Source: Methanocellales archaeon (GTDB taxonomy: Archaea > Halobacteriota > UBA148). From it: a DNA stretch of 64,000 nt. Below, piece by piece: positions 39,509 to 48,303 of the stretch. Under the pieces are notes generated by a model that searched no databases, was not told where the DNA came from, and worked only from the letters and a program-made list of their open reading frames with translations. The stretch is taken from NCBI GenBank assembly GCA_030019435.1, contig JASEEV010000003.1, positions 2,376 through 66,375 of the forward strand, in the 5' to 3' direction. How positions within the stretch are numbered: the first letter of the stretch is position 1; each line of letters starts with the position of its first letter. The translations under genes were made by a program, and so were the position numbers.

Positions 39509-39748
39509 TTGGAAGATGAGGAGGTGAAAACGTTCACGTTGGTGAATGCTGAAGTTGGTAGGGCAAGAGATGTCTATGCGAAGCTCAAAAAGATCGATGC
39601 AGAAGTATATCCCCTATTCGGCGAGTTTGACTTTTTGGTGATAGCCGACGCGGCGGATCTGAAGAGCGCGGCAACGAAAATACTCGAAGAGATCCAAAAG
39701 GTCAAAGGGGTCGCACGGACAAGGACGCTTGTCGGAGCAGAGTTATAG
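39509..39748 (+). CDS. stand-alone RAM (Lrp/AsnC C-terminal ligand-binding) domain protein
   Basis: A 79-aa beta-alpha-beta-beta-alpha-beta pattern (VKTFTLVNAEVGRARDVYAKLKKIDAEVYPLFGEFDFLVIA). Confidence 0.55.
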   Translation: MEDEEVKTFTLVNAEVGRARDVYAKLKKIDAEVYPLFGEFDFLVIADAADLKSAATKILEEIQKVKGVARTRTLVGAEL

Positions 39749-40420
39749 GCCAAAGAACAGGCGACGTGCCAGGTGTTGAGGCAGCCCGACTTCGAGCGTC
39801 TTTGATGCCGTTTCCTCGACATCATACCCGATTCTATGCATCGTAAACTCTTTCGACTTTGTATCGAGAATGGCATATGCTGCCTTTGGATTCCCATCAC
39901 GTGGTTGTCCCACCGCCCCAGGATTGATTATTTTTCGGTCTCCAAGCTCAAGACTCCATTGAACATGCGTATGACCAAGAACTAAGACCTTTTTGCTCAC
40001 TTGATCCAAAAATTTTTCCAGTTTGGCAGGCGATGTTGTTGGATATACGTATTCATCTGGATCATGCGGACTGCCATGGACTATGGCAACGTCCTCGAAC
40101 ATGAGTTGCGCTGGAAGCTCTTCAAGAAATTTTATTCCTTCAAGAGAAATGTTATCACGCGTCCACTCGATTGCAGACGCTGCTATAGGATTGAACCAGC
40201 TTGTATCACCTGTGATCACCGCTTTGTCATGATTTCCATAGATTGATCTAAGGTCATGTTCTTTCACGAGCTCGATGACTTCGTTCGGGAAAGGATAATA
40301 GCCAACGATGTCGCCGGCACATAAGATTTGATCCACATCGATGATGTCAAGCACCGCTTTCAGAGCGGGCAAATTCGAATGAATGTCAGATATGAGTGCT
40401 ATTTTCATCACACCACACAA
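39743..40420 (-). CDS. metallophosphoesterase (calcineurin-like, YfcE/MJ0936-type)
   Basis: IALISDIHSN, GDIVGYYP and GHTH motifs. Confidence 0.7.
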   Translation of the reverse strand: MCGVMKIALISDIHSNLPALKAVLDIIDVDQILCAGDIVGYYPFPNEVIELVKEHDLRSIYGNHDKAVITGDTSWFNPIAASAIEWTRDNISLEGIKFLEELPAQLMFEDVAIVHGSPHDPDEYVYPTTSPAKLEKFLDQVSKKVLVLGHTHVQWSLELGDRKIINPGAVGQPRDGNPKAAYAILDTKSKEFTMHRIGYDVEETASKTLEVGLPQHLARRLFFGL

Positions 40421-41499
40421 AACTCTCTTAGCCTCTTGATGGCATAGTACCTATCTTTATCGTCCAATTTAGCACCTTCTATTGCATCCTCCAGTACTTG
40501 GATTGAACTATCATAAACCTCTCTGTCGACTGGATATGGAAAACCGTCTTTGCCTCCATGTGCGAAGCTATATTTTACAGGGTCCTTCCAGCTTGGATGT
40601 GTGCCATACACCAGGTCAGAAATCAGAGCCAGAGCCCTTATTTTCTTGGGTCCCATTCCTTTCAGATAGACCAGCTCCTCGTAGCTTTCTGGTTGTATCT
40701 CGTATGCTTTCTGGAGCACCCTCATTTCCCGTTTGCCAAGATCTATGTCCAGTATGGGATGATGGGGGGGCATTGATAGCTCTGCGGTCAGCAGCTTCTG
40801 CTTTGCCGGTCGTAGGTATTTCACCAAGTTCTTAGGATCTTCTCTGATCAAATCAAGGCTGCTCTCTCTCGTATTTCTACTGTCTCTAGAAGTCAGATCT
40901 AGGACCATCTTTTCCATCCTGTCACCGCAAATCCCAACATGTGGCTCTTCCACAAAACTCTCAACTGAGTCGGAAAGCCAGTGATATCGTCTTGCATAGG
41001 ACTCGCTCATGCCCTGCTGTATCACTGCCCAGTCCCCTTTCTCTGTAAAAATAAAGCAATGGTGGTATAGCTGGTATCCATCCTGGACACAACTATTGTC
41101 GACCTTTGCTGACATCTTGCTAGAGTACTTTAGTTTTTCGATCTCGCTTGTGGATAAAGTAAACAAATCCCCTGTCTTCTCGATCTCAGCAAGTGTCCTT
41201 CTCGATGTTCTGCCCTTGCCACCTGCGACCTTCATACCATATTCTTCGGGATCGATCGCCATCTTTAGGGCACCGCATGTCGTGGTTGTAGTACCGGAGG
41301 AATGCCAATCAAACCCCAGAACGCAGGAAAATGCCTGGAACCAATATGGATCGGAAATTCTTCTTAAAAATTCATCCTGACCATATTCGTAGATGAGGAC
41401 TTCGGTGATGCCACCAGCTAGCTTTACCATTCTGTCGAACAACCATCTTGGGGTTTTTCCTCCATGCAATGGGAGATTTACGATGCCGGTGCGCTTCAT
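40408..41499 (-). CDS. DUF763-like hypothetical protein
   Basis: 363 aa in an operon with the phosphoesterase. No catalytic motif was recognised. Confidence 0.35.
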   Translation of the reverse strand: MKRTGIVNLPLHGGKTPRWLFDRMVKLAGGITEVLIYEYGQDEFLRRISDPYWFQAFSCVLGFDWHSSGTTTTTCGALKMAIDPEEYGMKVAGGKGRTSRRTLAEIEKTGDLFTLSTSEIEKLKYSSKMSAKVDNSCVQDGYQLYHHCFIFTEKGDWAVIQQGMSESYARRYHWLSDSVESFVEEPHVGICGDRMEKMVLDLTSRDSRNTRESSLDLIREDPKNLVKYLRPAKQKLLTAELSMPPHHPILDIDLGKREMRVLQKAYEIQPESYEELVYLKGMGPKKIRALALISDLVYGTHPSWKDPVKYSFAHGGKDGFPYPVDREVYDSSIQVLEDAIEGAKLDDKDRYYAIKRLREFCVV

Positions 41500-41577
41500 T
41501 CGTTAATCTATTTCACTTCTAACGACTTAATCGTTGTCAAGTCTCTGAATGTCTGCAACAACAAATTTGTGCCAACC

Positions 41578-41943
41578 TCACTCCCATCCCATCTCAACGA
41601 GAAGCTGCAAAAACTGTGGATTGTTGAAGTAGACCTGGGGATACACATAAAACATCAGCACCATCAACATCAAAACGCCAACTCCCAATCCCAGAGCGAG
41701 CTTTCGCGTTCCTTCCCTGCCGCTCTTAATCGTCACAAAAACGACGTATATTGCCGTGATGGTCATGATTAGATGGTTAATCTGTGCTTGCAGCATGTAC
41801 CCACTCCAGCTGAATCTAAAAAGCCCGCCGAAGCCGAAGTACATCAGCAACGGAACGGTAGCGTTCATGAATACCTTCCGATCGGTCAGCAACGCAATTA
41901 TCGTAAGGTACTGTATGGGTGAGCATATATTCACCCCAGCCAT
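41578..41943 (-). CDS. polytopic small membrane protein, hypothetical (possible N-terminal frameshift)
   Basis: Hydrophobic. A roughly 45-codon upstream ORF (MTIQATKQNIIKMILIALNL…) in another frame overlaps its start. Confidence 0.3.
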   Translation of the reverse strand: MAGVNICSPIQYLTIIALLTDRKVFMNATVPLLMYFGFGGLFRFSWSGYMLQAQINHLIMTITAIYVVFVTIKSGREGTRKLALGLGVGVLMLMVLMFYVYPQVYFNNPQFLQLLVEMGWE

Positions 41944-42114
41944 ATGAATGGACTTACCTTGAGAAACACCAGAAAGATAAAAGTCGCAAATACAGCCATG
42001 ATTAAATTTAGAGCGATCAAAATCATTTTTATAATGTTTTGCTTTGTCGCTTGTATTGTCATTTTATGCCTCCATTTTTCCGTCTTTTATCCGAAATAGA
42101 CGATGGTTGCTCTC

Positions 42115-43291
42115 TTATATCACCTGCTTAGCCTTCAGCTCGTGGTAAATTCCTCTCTGAACCATCAACAAGGCTCCAAAACCAAGGACGATACAGATCA
42201 AGCTTACGAAAAAGCCGATGACAGGAATGCTCGTAACAAGCGCAATCAGGAGAAGCCCCATCGCTAGAGGCCATATCAAAGACTTTGTCTCTTTCTTGAG
42301 ACGCTCAAGGATGATCTGACCGAGCGAGAATCCCACAAAGACCTTGCTCACGTAAAGAGCGATGATGTATGAAACAAGTATGATCAAGGCCACGGGTATG
42401 CCGATGATGGTCACCAGTAGGATTATCGATAGTATTGGAACCACGATTAAGAAGAGGAAACCCACACCAATGCTCTTCCAAAAGGATGTCAATATGGTGT
42501 TATGCACTTGTAGCGTTAGCCTAGGAGCAAACGAGACGATGATGATGCCAACCACCAAGAGGGACAAGAATCCCCAGAGTTTTGAGAGTATGGGAGACTC
42601 AAATGCTTTCTTAGGCGCTGGTTCGGTTGGTATTTTATGTGTTATTTTGCCCATCACCGTGTTTTCGGGAATTTCTGCGCTCACTTTACTTGAATAATCG
42701 AAGTTTCCTTTGATCTCTGCTGAAGGAAGCACTTTTATCACGTTGTCAGAGCTCAAAGAAACGTCTCCACCGATCGTCCCAGCGAGTTTTATGTTTCCTC
42801 CACCGCCATCAAGGTCTCCACCAACGTCTCCATAAATTTCAACATTTCCTCCACCAACATTAAGATCTCTACCGATATGGCTTCCTTCTCCGACCGCAAT
42901 GTTTCCACCAAAGATCATTGCGTTATCCTCAACAAAACCATCGATCTCTATGTTGCCACCAACTATTCTGATATCATCAGCTACACTTCCTCCAATCGTT
43001 AAAGTCCCGCCAGCAGCGATAACGTCTCCATTAACGGTTCCAGAGATTTTAACAGTGCCACCCGCTGCAATGAGATCTCCGTTGATTATTCCATCAATAA
43101 CGATTGTGCCACCTCGCATCAAGATCATCATCAATCACTTGGTCACTCGCAATCACTATATTGTCTCCTTGTTTGAACTCAGTGGCGGCAGCAGGCACAG
43201 CAAAAAGTAGTATTGTGATGATTACAATGATCAGACTTTTAATAAAAAACTTCGATGACTTCATGCAGACCTCCCACGTGCTAAGCCCCAT
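42115..43291 (-). CDS. secreted, C-terminally membrane-anchored bactofilin-like beta-helix repeat protein; apparent frameshift near 43130 separates signal peptide from body
   Basis: The 65-aa ORF supplies a signal peptide (FAVPAAA|TEF) and a first repeat (GDNIVIASDQVIDDDL). The 339-aa ORF in the neighbouring frame has about 10 G-D/N-V-x-I repeats and then 4 TM helices. Confidence 0.5.
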
Positions 43292-43344
43292 TGTGTTTAG
43301 GAATGTAAACGTTTATAAAGGCATTGATTGCCTGCAATACCTCG

Positions 43345-43361
43345 ACGATAAACCTTGCCAG
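43345..43361. repeat. 17-bp direct repeat ACGATAAACCTTGCCAG, left copy (flanks Fic cassette)
   Basis: An identical copy lies at 44373-44389. Each copy encodes LARFIV of CofD on the minus strand. Confidence 0.7.
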
Positions 43362-44372
43362 ACCTCACTTTTCCTTCTTTTCAAATTCTCTATACGCTCT
43401 GAAATACTCCTTCTTGATGTAGTCGATGAACGGCTTTTCTATTTCATTCATCTGACATCTTTCCAATGAATCATAATAATCTTCCCTATCTCTGTATCTG
43501 ACATTGAGCATTGGAAAATCGTGTTTTTTCAGCATGAAGTTCATCAAAAGACGTGAGATTCTACCATTCCCGTCCACAAAGGGGTGTATCGTCACAAATT
43601 TTAGATGAGCTAGAGATGCCAATTCTAAGGGATGCAGAGTTTTTCTTGCTTTCTCATACCATCTGAAAAATTCCTCTAGTTCATGATCTAACACAGCATA
43701 ACTTGGAGGTTTAAACTCTGAACCATAGATCGCAACATCCGTCTTTCTGATGGTTCCAGCAATCTCATCATCTATCCCTGTCATCAGGGTTTTATGCAAT
43801 CTTAGAATGAATTTGAGACTGATATCTTTTTTGTGATTGAGCATCAGATCAAAGCATCTCTCCATGTTCTGAGCCTCGAGGATTTCCTCAATCGTTTTTC
43901 CTTTCGGCGTGACCCCATCCACCAAAATCAGAGAGGTATCTTTCAGTGTTAACGTACTGCCCTCTATGGCGTTCGTATTGTATGTGAATTTCACTAAAAA
44001 ATTCCTCATGTACTTCTCTTTTTCAGATTTGGAGAACTGAGAGTAATCCCTGTTAAAATTCTTTTTGACGCTCTCTAGCCTTTGAACGTCCTCGAGAGAT
44101 AGATACTTGGATTTTGCGGTAGTTAACTCTCGTAAAAAATCCTTTTTTATTCTATCCAATTCTACCTTACTTGGCAGTTCTTTACCTATGTATCTACTCT
44201 TTTTTAAGAATTTGTTGCCTACTCTGACTGTGTGGAAGAAATACCAATACTCCCTACCTTTTATCTTTACCCTTTTTAGATATGCCATGATAATAATTAA
44301 TTACCACAAATACATAAATATTTTGGTTAATTACCACAAATTGAGTTATCTTCGGGACTTTGCACTAATCCA
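43362..44372 (-). mobile_element. ~1-kb Fic-gene cassette inserted into the 3' end of cofD
   Basis: Bounded by the 17-bp perfect direct repeats. It contains only the fic gene plus about 85 bp of upstream sequence with two 13-nt direct repeats. The ancestral cofD C-terminal coding sequence is still readable downstream of the left repeat. Confidence 0.55.
43365..44288 (-). CDS. fic: Fic-family protein (class II: N-terminal inhibitory TxxxEG motif plus HPFVDGNGRISR Fic motif)
   Basis: The canonical HPFx[DE]GNGRxxR motif, plus TNAIEGS roughly 90 aa upstream. Confidence 0.8.
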   Translation of the reverse strand: MAYLKRVKIKGREYWYFFHTVRVGNKFLKKSRYIGKELPSKVELDRIKKDFLRELTTAKSKYLSLEDVQRLESVKKNFNRDYSQFSKSEKEKYMRNFLVKFTYNTNAIEGSTLTLKDTSLILVDGVTPKGKTIEEILEAQNMERCFDLMLNHKKDISLKFILRLHKTLMTGIDDEIAGTIRKTDVAIYGSEFKPPSYAVLDHELEEFFRWYEKARKTLHPLELASLAHLKFVTIHPFVDGNGRISRLLMNFMLKKHDFPMLNVRYRDREDYYDSLERCQMNEIEKPFIDYIKKEYFRAYREFEKKEK

Positions 44373-45310
44373 ACGATAAACCTTGCCAGTTCTATGCTTC
44401 TCTCCACAGAACTCATCATCGTGTCCGTCTTCACCACTTTAACGTCTGGAAGGATACAATCGTCCCTCTGGTCAACCACCAGCACATCTAGGAAATCAGC
44501 ATAGCATTGTGCAACACCAGCAGATGATACTTCATAACCCCTTGCAGCCATGAGCTTTCCAGCAGGACCGCTTACTGGCTCATCTCCAATGATTGGAGAT
44601 ATGGCGATCACCCTCTTTTTTTGCAGCATTGACCTGATGCCTTTCAATCCCAAGATTGGTCCAATACTGGTGATCGGATTGGACGGACCGATGATTATCG
44701 CATCCTCAGAGCTTAGCGCATTCATCACCTCTGGTGTCGGCTCTGCTTTATCAAGACCCTCAAAGCGAACATCCAACACCTCTGGTTTTCCCTTGTGTGT
44801 GATCCAGAAATCTTGGAAATGCATTTCTCCCTCTTGCGTAAGAATCATCGTCGCCACAGGGTCATCGCTCATCGGCAATATCTTGGCCTTAATCCTAAAC
44901 GATGATCTCAGCTCGTCTGTGGATTGAGTCAGTGTGAGACCATCTCGAATTAGCTCAGAACGAAGGATGTGCGTCGCCCTGTCTTGATCCCCCAATTTCA
45001 TCGATTCATGATATCCCAATTTTTTCAGCGCTTCATGCGTGTAGAACGTATCGTCCTTGATGCCCCACCACTTGCTCTCGTCGATCAGATCTGCGAATGT
45101 ATATAGAACCGTATCAATATCAGGACAAACCAGGTTGCCGGAAACCCATCGATCTTCGGCGGTGTTCACGATCACAGCTATGTTTTCTTCTGGGACTATG
45201 CTTTTTAAGCCGTTCAACAATTTTGGAGTTCCAGTTCCACCGGATAGGATGATCATGGTTTTGACCTCCATGGGGTGCTCGGCAATGTCAAAGAAATACA
45301 TTCTTCGCAA
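44327..45310 (-). CDS. cofD: 2-phospho-L-lactate transferase CofD (F420 biosynthesis)
   Basis: MIILSGGTGTPKLL…IGPSNPITSIGPIL…PVSGPAGKLM. It is collinear along its whole length with archaeal CofD as I recall it. The last ~14 codons now come from the inserted cassette. Confidence 0.85.
   Translation of the reverse strand: MRRMYFFDIAEHPMEVKTMIILSGGTGTPKLLNGLKSIVPEENIAVIVNTAEDRWVSGNLVCPDIDTVLYTFADLIDESKWWGIKDDTFYTHEALKKLGYHESMKLGDQDRATHILRSELIRDGLTLTQSTDELRSSFRIKAKILPMSDDPVATMILTQEGEMHFQDFWITHKGKPEVLDVRFEGLDKAEPTPEVMNALSSEDAIIIGPSNPITSIGPILGLKGIRSMLQKKRVIAISPIIGDEPVSGPAGKLMAARGYEVSSAGVAQCYADFLDVLVVDQRDDCILPDVKVVKTDTMMSSVERSIELARFIVGLVQSPEDNSICGN
44373..44389. repeat. 17-bp direct repeat ACGATAAACCTTGCCAG, right copy (inside cofD 3' end)
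   Basis: Identical to 43345-43361. Confidence 0.7.
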
Positions 45311-45372
45311 TTTGAATAAATTTTGTTATTAGCTAGTTAATACCAGAAATTTGGTTTCTGATACAGCAGGCC

Positions 45373-45888
45373 CTAGTCATCACCCATCTTTTCAATTTCC
45401 CTTAGAACCCCTCCAAGAACCTCAGGCGATAATCTAAATCCTGATGAGACTAGCTCGAGAATGTAGTCTTTTGCCTCCTTTTTTGAGAGTACATTTTTCT
45501 TCAGCCCACGTAGAATCACGTATAGGGTTCCCTTTACATTTAACCCGAAACTCTCGGCTACTTTTCGCCCTGTAGCATCATCGATCAAAATCAAGTCCGC
45601 TTTTACATTTCTGCCCAGGGAGATAGCTTCGACCTCCCCCTTATCGATCTCTCTAGCGATTTCAAGGAGTTTAGAGTCAACTTTTGCGTCTTTGACCTCC
45701 AACCATTTATCCCGTATTGCTTCTTCTATTGCAATAACCTCAGAATAGCCCTCCTCTCTCCCCCTTACTACTACTTCATTGAAAACTTCAGGTGGGATAA
45801 TAACGGTTTTGAAAACATCTCTCAACAATGATAATTTGTTCGTCTTAGCTGGATATATCAAAGGAGTTGAGTTAGAAACTGCTTTCAA
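45373..45888 (-). CDS. DUF3368-type PIN-like toxin
   Basis: 171 aa, overlapping the upstream small gene by 4 nt. Acidic residues at conserved PIN positions (ILIDDATGR). Confidence 0.5.
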   Translation of the reverse strand: MKAVSNSTPLIYPAKTNKLSLLRDVFKTVIIPPEVFNEVVVRGREEGYSEVIAIEEAIRDKWLEVKDAKVDSKLLEIAREIDKGEVEAISLGRNVKADLILIDDATGRKVAESFGLNVKGTLYVILRGLKKNVLSKKEAKDYILELVSSGFRLSPEVLGGVLREIEKMGDD

Positions 45889-46193
45889 GGTGACTCCTCT
45901 AAGGCTTTTAGATCGTCTCTGAGTTCCTCTGGCCCATATTGGAGTTCGACATGCCTTTCCTTGAGAACCTCAATTATTTTCCAGAGAGATATGTTTGCTA
46001 TCCTTGATGCTTTCCAGAGGGTGATTTTTCCCTGGCGGTACCTCTCGATGGCATCATCTAGTTTTCTCTCTTTGATACCCCTGGTTAGCAGTTCTCTTAT
46101 TATCACTGATTTGTCTTTGTCTTCTGTTTGTGAGAGGCGTTCTAGTTCAGCATGAATGTCCTCAGACAACCTCACCGATATTAATTGACCCAT
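45885..46193 (-). CDS. UPF0175-family antitoxin
   Basis: 102 aa with the typical RLSEDIHAELERLSQ… pattern. It pairs with the DUF3368 gene. Confidence 0.5.
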   Translation of the reverse strand: MGQLISVRLSEDIHAELERLSQTEDKDKSVIIRELLTRGIKERKLDDAIERYRQGKITLWKASRIANISLWKIIEVLKERHVELQYGPEELRDDLKALEESP

Positions 46194-46349
46194 TCAAGTC
46201 ACCTGTAATACAGTATACATAGATAGTATACTTAAGTTTTTCTATGTGAAACTGCGAGAAATCACAACCTCAAACTTCTATCGGGAAGTTCCGCCCTTAG
46301 GGCGGATAGGACGTCACGTATATACGAAAGAAATAATAAAGGATACTCG

Positions 46350-46868
46350 ATGATAATATTAGATGTTAACACAACGGAGGAACCTGATTACGACTTGATA
46401 GAGAAAAAGCTAATAACTATAGGCACTAAAACAGATGGTAATATCAAAATATGGCACATCAAAGATTATGATTGCGAAAGAGGGATGTTAAAAGATTTTC
46501 TTGAATGGTTTATTAGTAATGGCGATGAAAAAATCGTTGGTTTTAACATTCTAAAATTTGATATTCCTCTTTTACTGCTTAAATCACAATCGGTAGATAA
46601 AACTAAAGAGCTATATCAAAGGTTTTTCAAATCTGATGTTATTGATTTGTTTGGAATATTGACTTATTTGTATAATAAAATGAAGTCACTCGAAGAATGG
46701 TGTAAATATTTTGATATAGATTATAAAGGAAAACTAAAACACCCGTGCATTACTTCTGAAAAACTGGTATTTGGTACCAAGAACTTGATCGATCACCAAG
46801 ATGAGATAGAATACCAAAAAAGAGAGCTTATTGCCATTGATAAACTTTATCGAAAGGTAATCAATTGA
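46350..46868 (+). CDS. RNase-H-fold 3'-5' exonuclease-like protein (YprB/PolB-exo-like), motifs partly degenerate
   Basis: IILDVNTTEE (exo I with E replaced by N), GFNILKFDIPLL (exo II) and LIDHQDEIEY (exo III-like). The gene is markedly AT-rich compared with its neighbours. Confidence 0.3.
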   Translation: MIILDVNTTEEPDYDLIEKKLITIGTKTDGNIKIWHIKDYDCERGMLKDFLEWFISNGDEKIVGFNILKFDIPLLLLKSQSVDKTKELYQRFFKSDVIDLFGILTYLYNKMKSLEEWCKYFDIDYKGKLKHPCITSEKLVFGTKNLIDHQDEIEYQKRELIAIDKLYRKVIN

Positions 46869-46908
46869 AGAAAAGAGAGATAGAACCATAGACTGATTTT
46901 TAATCGAT

Positions 46909-48210
46909 TTATCTAACTTGTTGAACTGTTTTAAAATCGAATTCAACATCGATCTTCTTGCCCGCAATATTCTCCAGAGCCTCTAATAACAGCCTCACTT
47001 CACCAGCGAGGTTCTCTTCCAACGAAACTATGTGCCTTTTCGAGCGTTCTATCCCTTCTCGTAATTGGGTGAGTTGTCCCTCAGTTGAAACGATTGTTCG
47101 TTCGATCTCCCTTCTATCTTTGAGTATCGTTATATTTGAAAGTCGGCCTTTAGTCTCTTCGATCTCCGACTGCGGTGAGTCGTGCCTCCTCTTGATAGAA
47201 GATATTTCAATATCTGATAGAGAGTTTATCCATCTCACTGCCTTCTCTCGCCCTCGTCCTTTTAGAGGGAGGATATCTCCTTCGATGATATTCTGTAGGG
47301 TGCGAAGAAAATCGTCAAGATTCTCATCGAGCACATGAATTGGCGATGATAGTATCGAGGATAGCACCCTTCTCTCTCCAAGAGCGAGGGTATACCGCCC
47401 AGTCTCATCCTGCTTCTTCAAGAGTTTGAGTGCTTTGTCAATCGGTGAGAAAAGCTTGCCAACATCCGATTCGAGCATGCTCAACTCTTTTTCTAACGAA
47501 GATAATTTAGTTTCAAGTTCCTTGAACTGTATCCACTCTTCCCCTTCTTCAAGTATCCTCATTCTTTCCTCATCCACTTCGATTCTCTTTTCGAGTGCGA
47601 ATGCCTCCTCTTCTCGATCGTTAACCACCCCTTTTTCTCTATCTATTGCAGATTTGATACCTTTTACACTTCGTACTATCTCTGGCGTCCTATCCAGATT
47701 CATGATCTGACTTTCTTTTTCCGTGAGAGGTGCGATAAGTTGGTTAAGAAGGATTTTCAGTCGATCGAGATTTGAGATGACCTTCTCAACCTCATTTGGA
47801 AAGAGGGACCTAACACAGTAGATGTTCTTCCGCGACATCGCCAGTGCAAATTCCATGCTGGAGGTTGTTGTCCTATAAAAGGATAAAACTGTTTTATAAT
47901 CGGTTTGGGTTGGGATCCACATCTTTTCGACCAAATAATTGAGATGTTTCACCATCTTATCGCGGGTGGTCAATCCCGATTTTGCGATAGGGGCAGGTAT
48001 ATGCTCAGTTGGCTCGGCATCCCGAAGCTCGGAGGTGTTTTGCTTAAGCCTGTCGCGTATCTTCTCTATCTCCCCATACAACTGGCTGGCATTTGCACTC
48101 AAACCACGAAATAGCGCTCCCGATGCCATGTCCAACCAAGCATCTATTCCATCGAAGGCGATCGTAGATGGTATCTCCTTTCTGCCAAAGATTCTGTTCA
48201 GCCACTTCAC
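46909..48210 (-). CDS. large coiled-coil protein, hypothetical
   Basis: 433 aa with long heptad-like E/K/L-rich stretches and no enzymatic motif. Confidence 0.4.
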   Translation of the reverse strand: MKWLNRIFGRKEIPSTIAFDGIDAWLDMASGALFRGLSANASQLYGEIEKIRDRLKQNTSELRDAEPTEHIPAPIAKSGLTTRDKMVKHLNYLVEKMWIPTQTDYKTVLSFYRTTTSSMEFALAMSRKNIYCVRSLFPNEVEKVISNLDRLKILLNQLIAPLTEKESQIMNLDRTPEIVRSVKGIKSAIDREKGVVNDREEEAFALEKRIEVDEERMRILEEGEEWIQFKELETKLSSLEKELSMLESDVGKLFSPIDKALKLLKKQDETGRYTLALGERRVLSSILSSPIHVLDENLDDFLRTLQNIIEGDILPLKGRGREKAVRWINSLSDIEISSIKRRHDSPQSEIEETKGRLSNITILKDRREIERTIVSTEGQLTQLREGIERSKRHIVSLEENLAGEVRLLLEALENIAGKKIDVEFDFKTVQQVR

Positions 48211-48303
48211 CTGTTTAAGTGGATGGTAATGGGTTTAATATTTTTGCAAAATTAAGATCAAAAATCAGAAAAACGTTATAATATGAAGCACTACTTATAG
48301 GCG

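Noticed and set aside
43104-43469. 121-aa plus-strand ORF
   Set aside because: It is antisense to the fossil cofD C-terminus and to the signal-peptide ORF, and its translation has no features.
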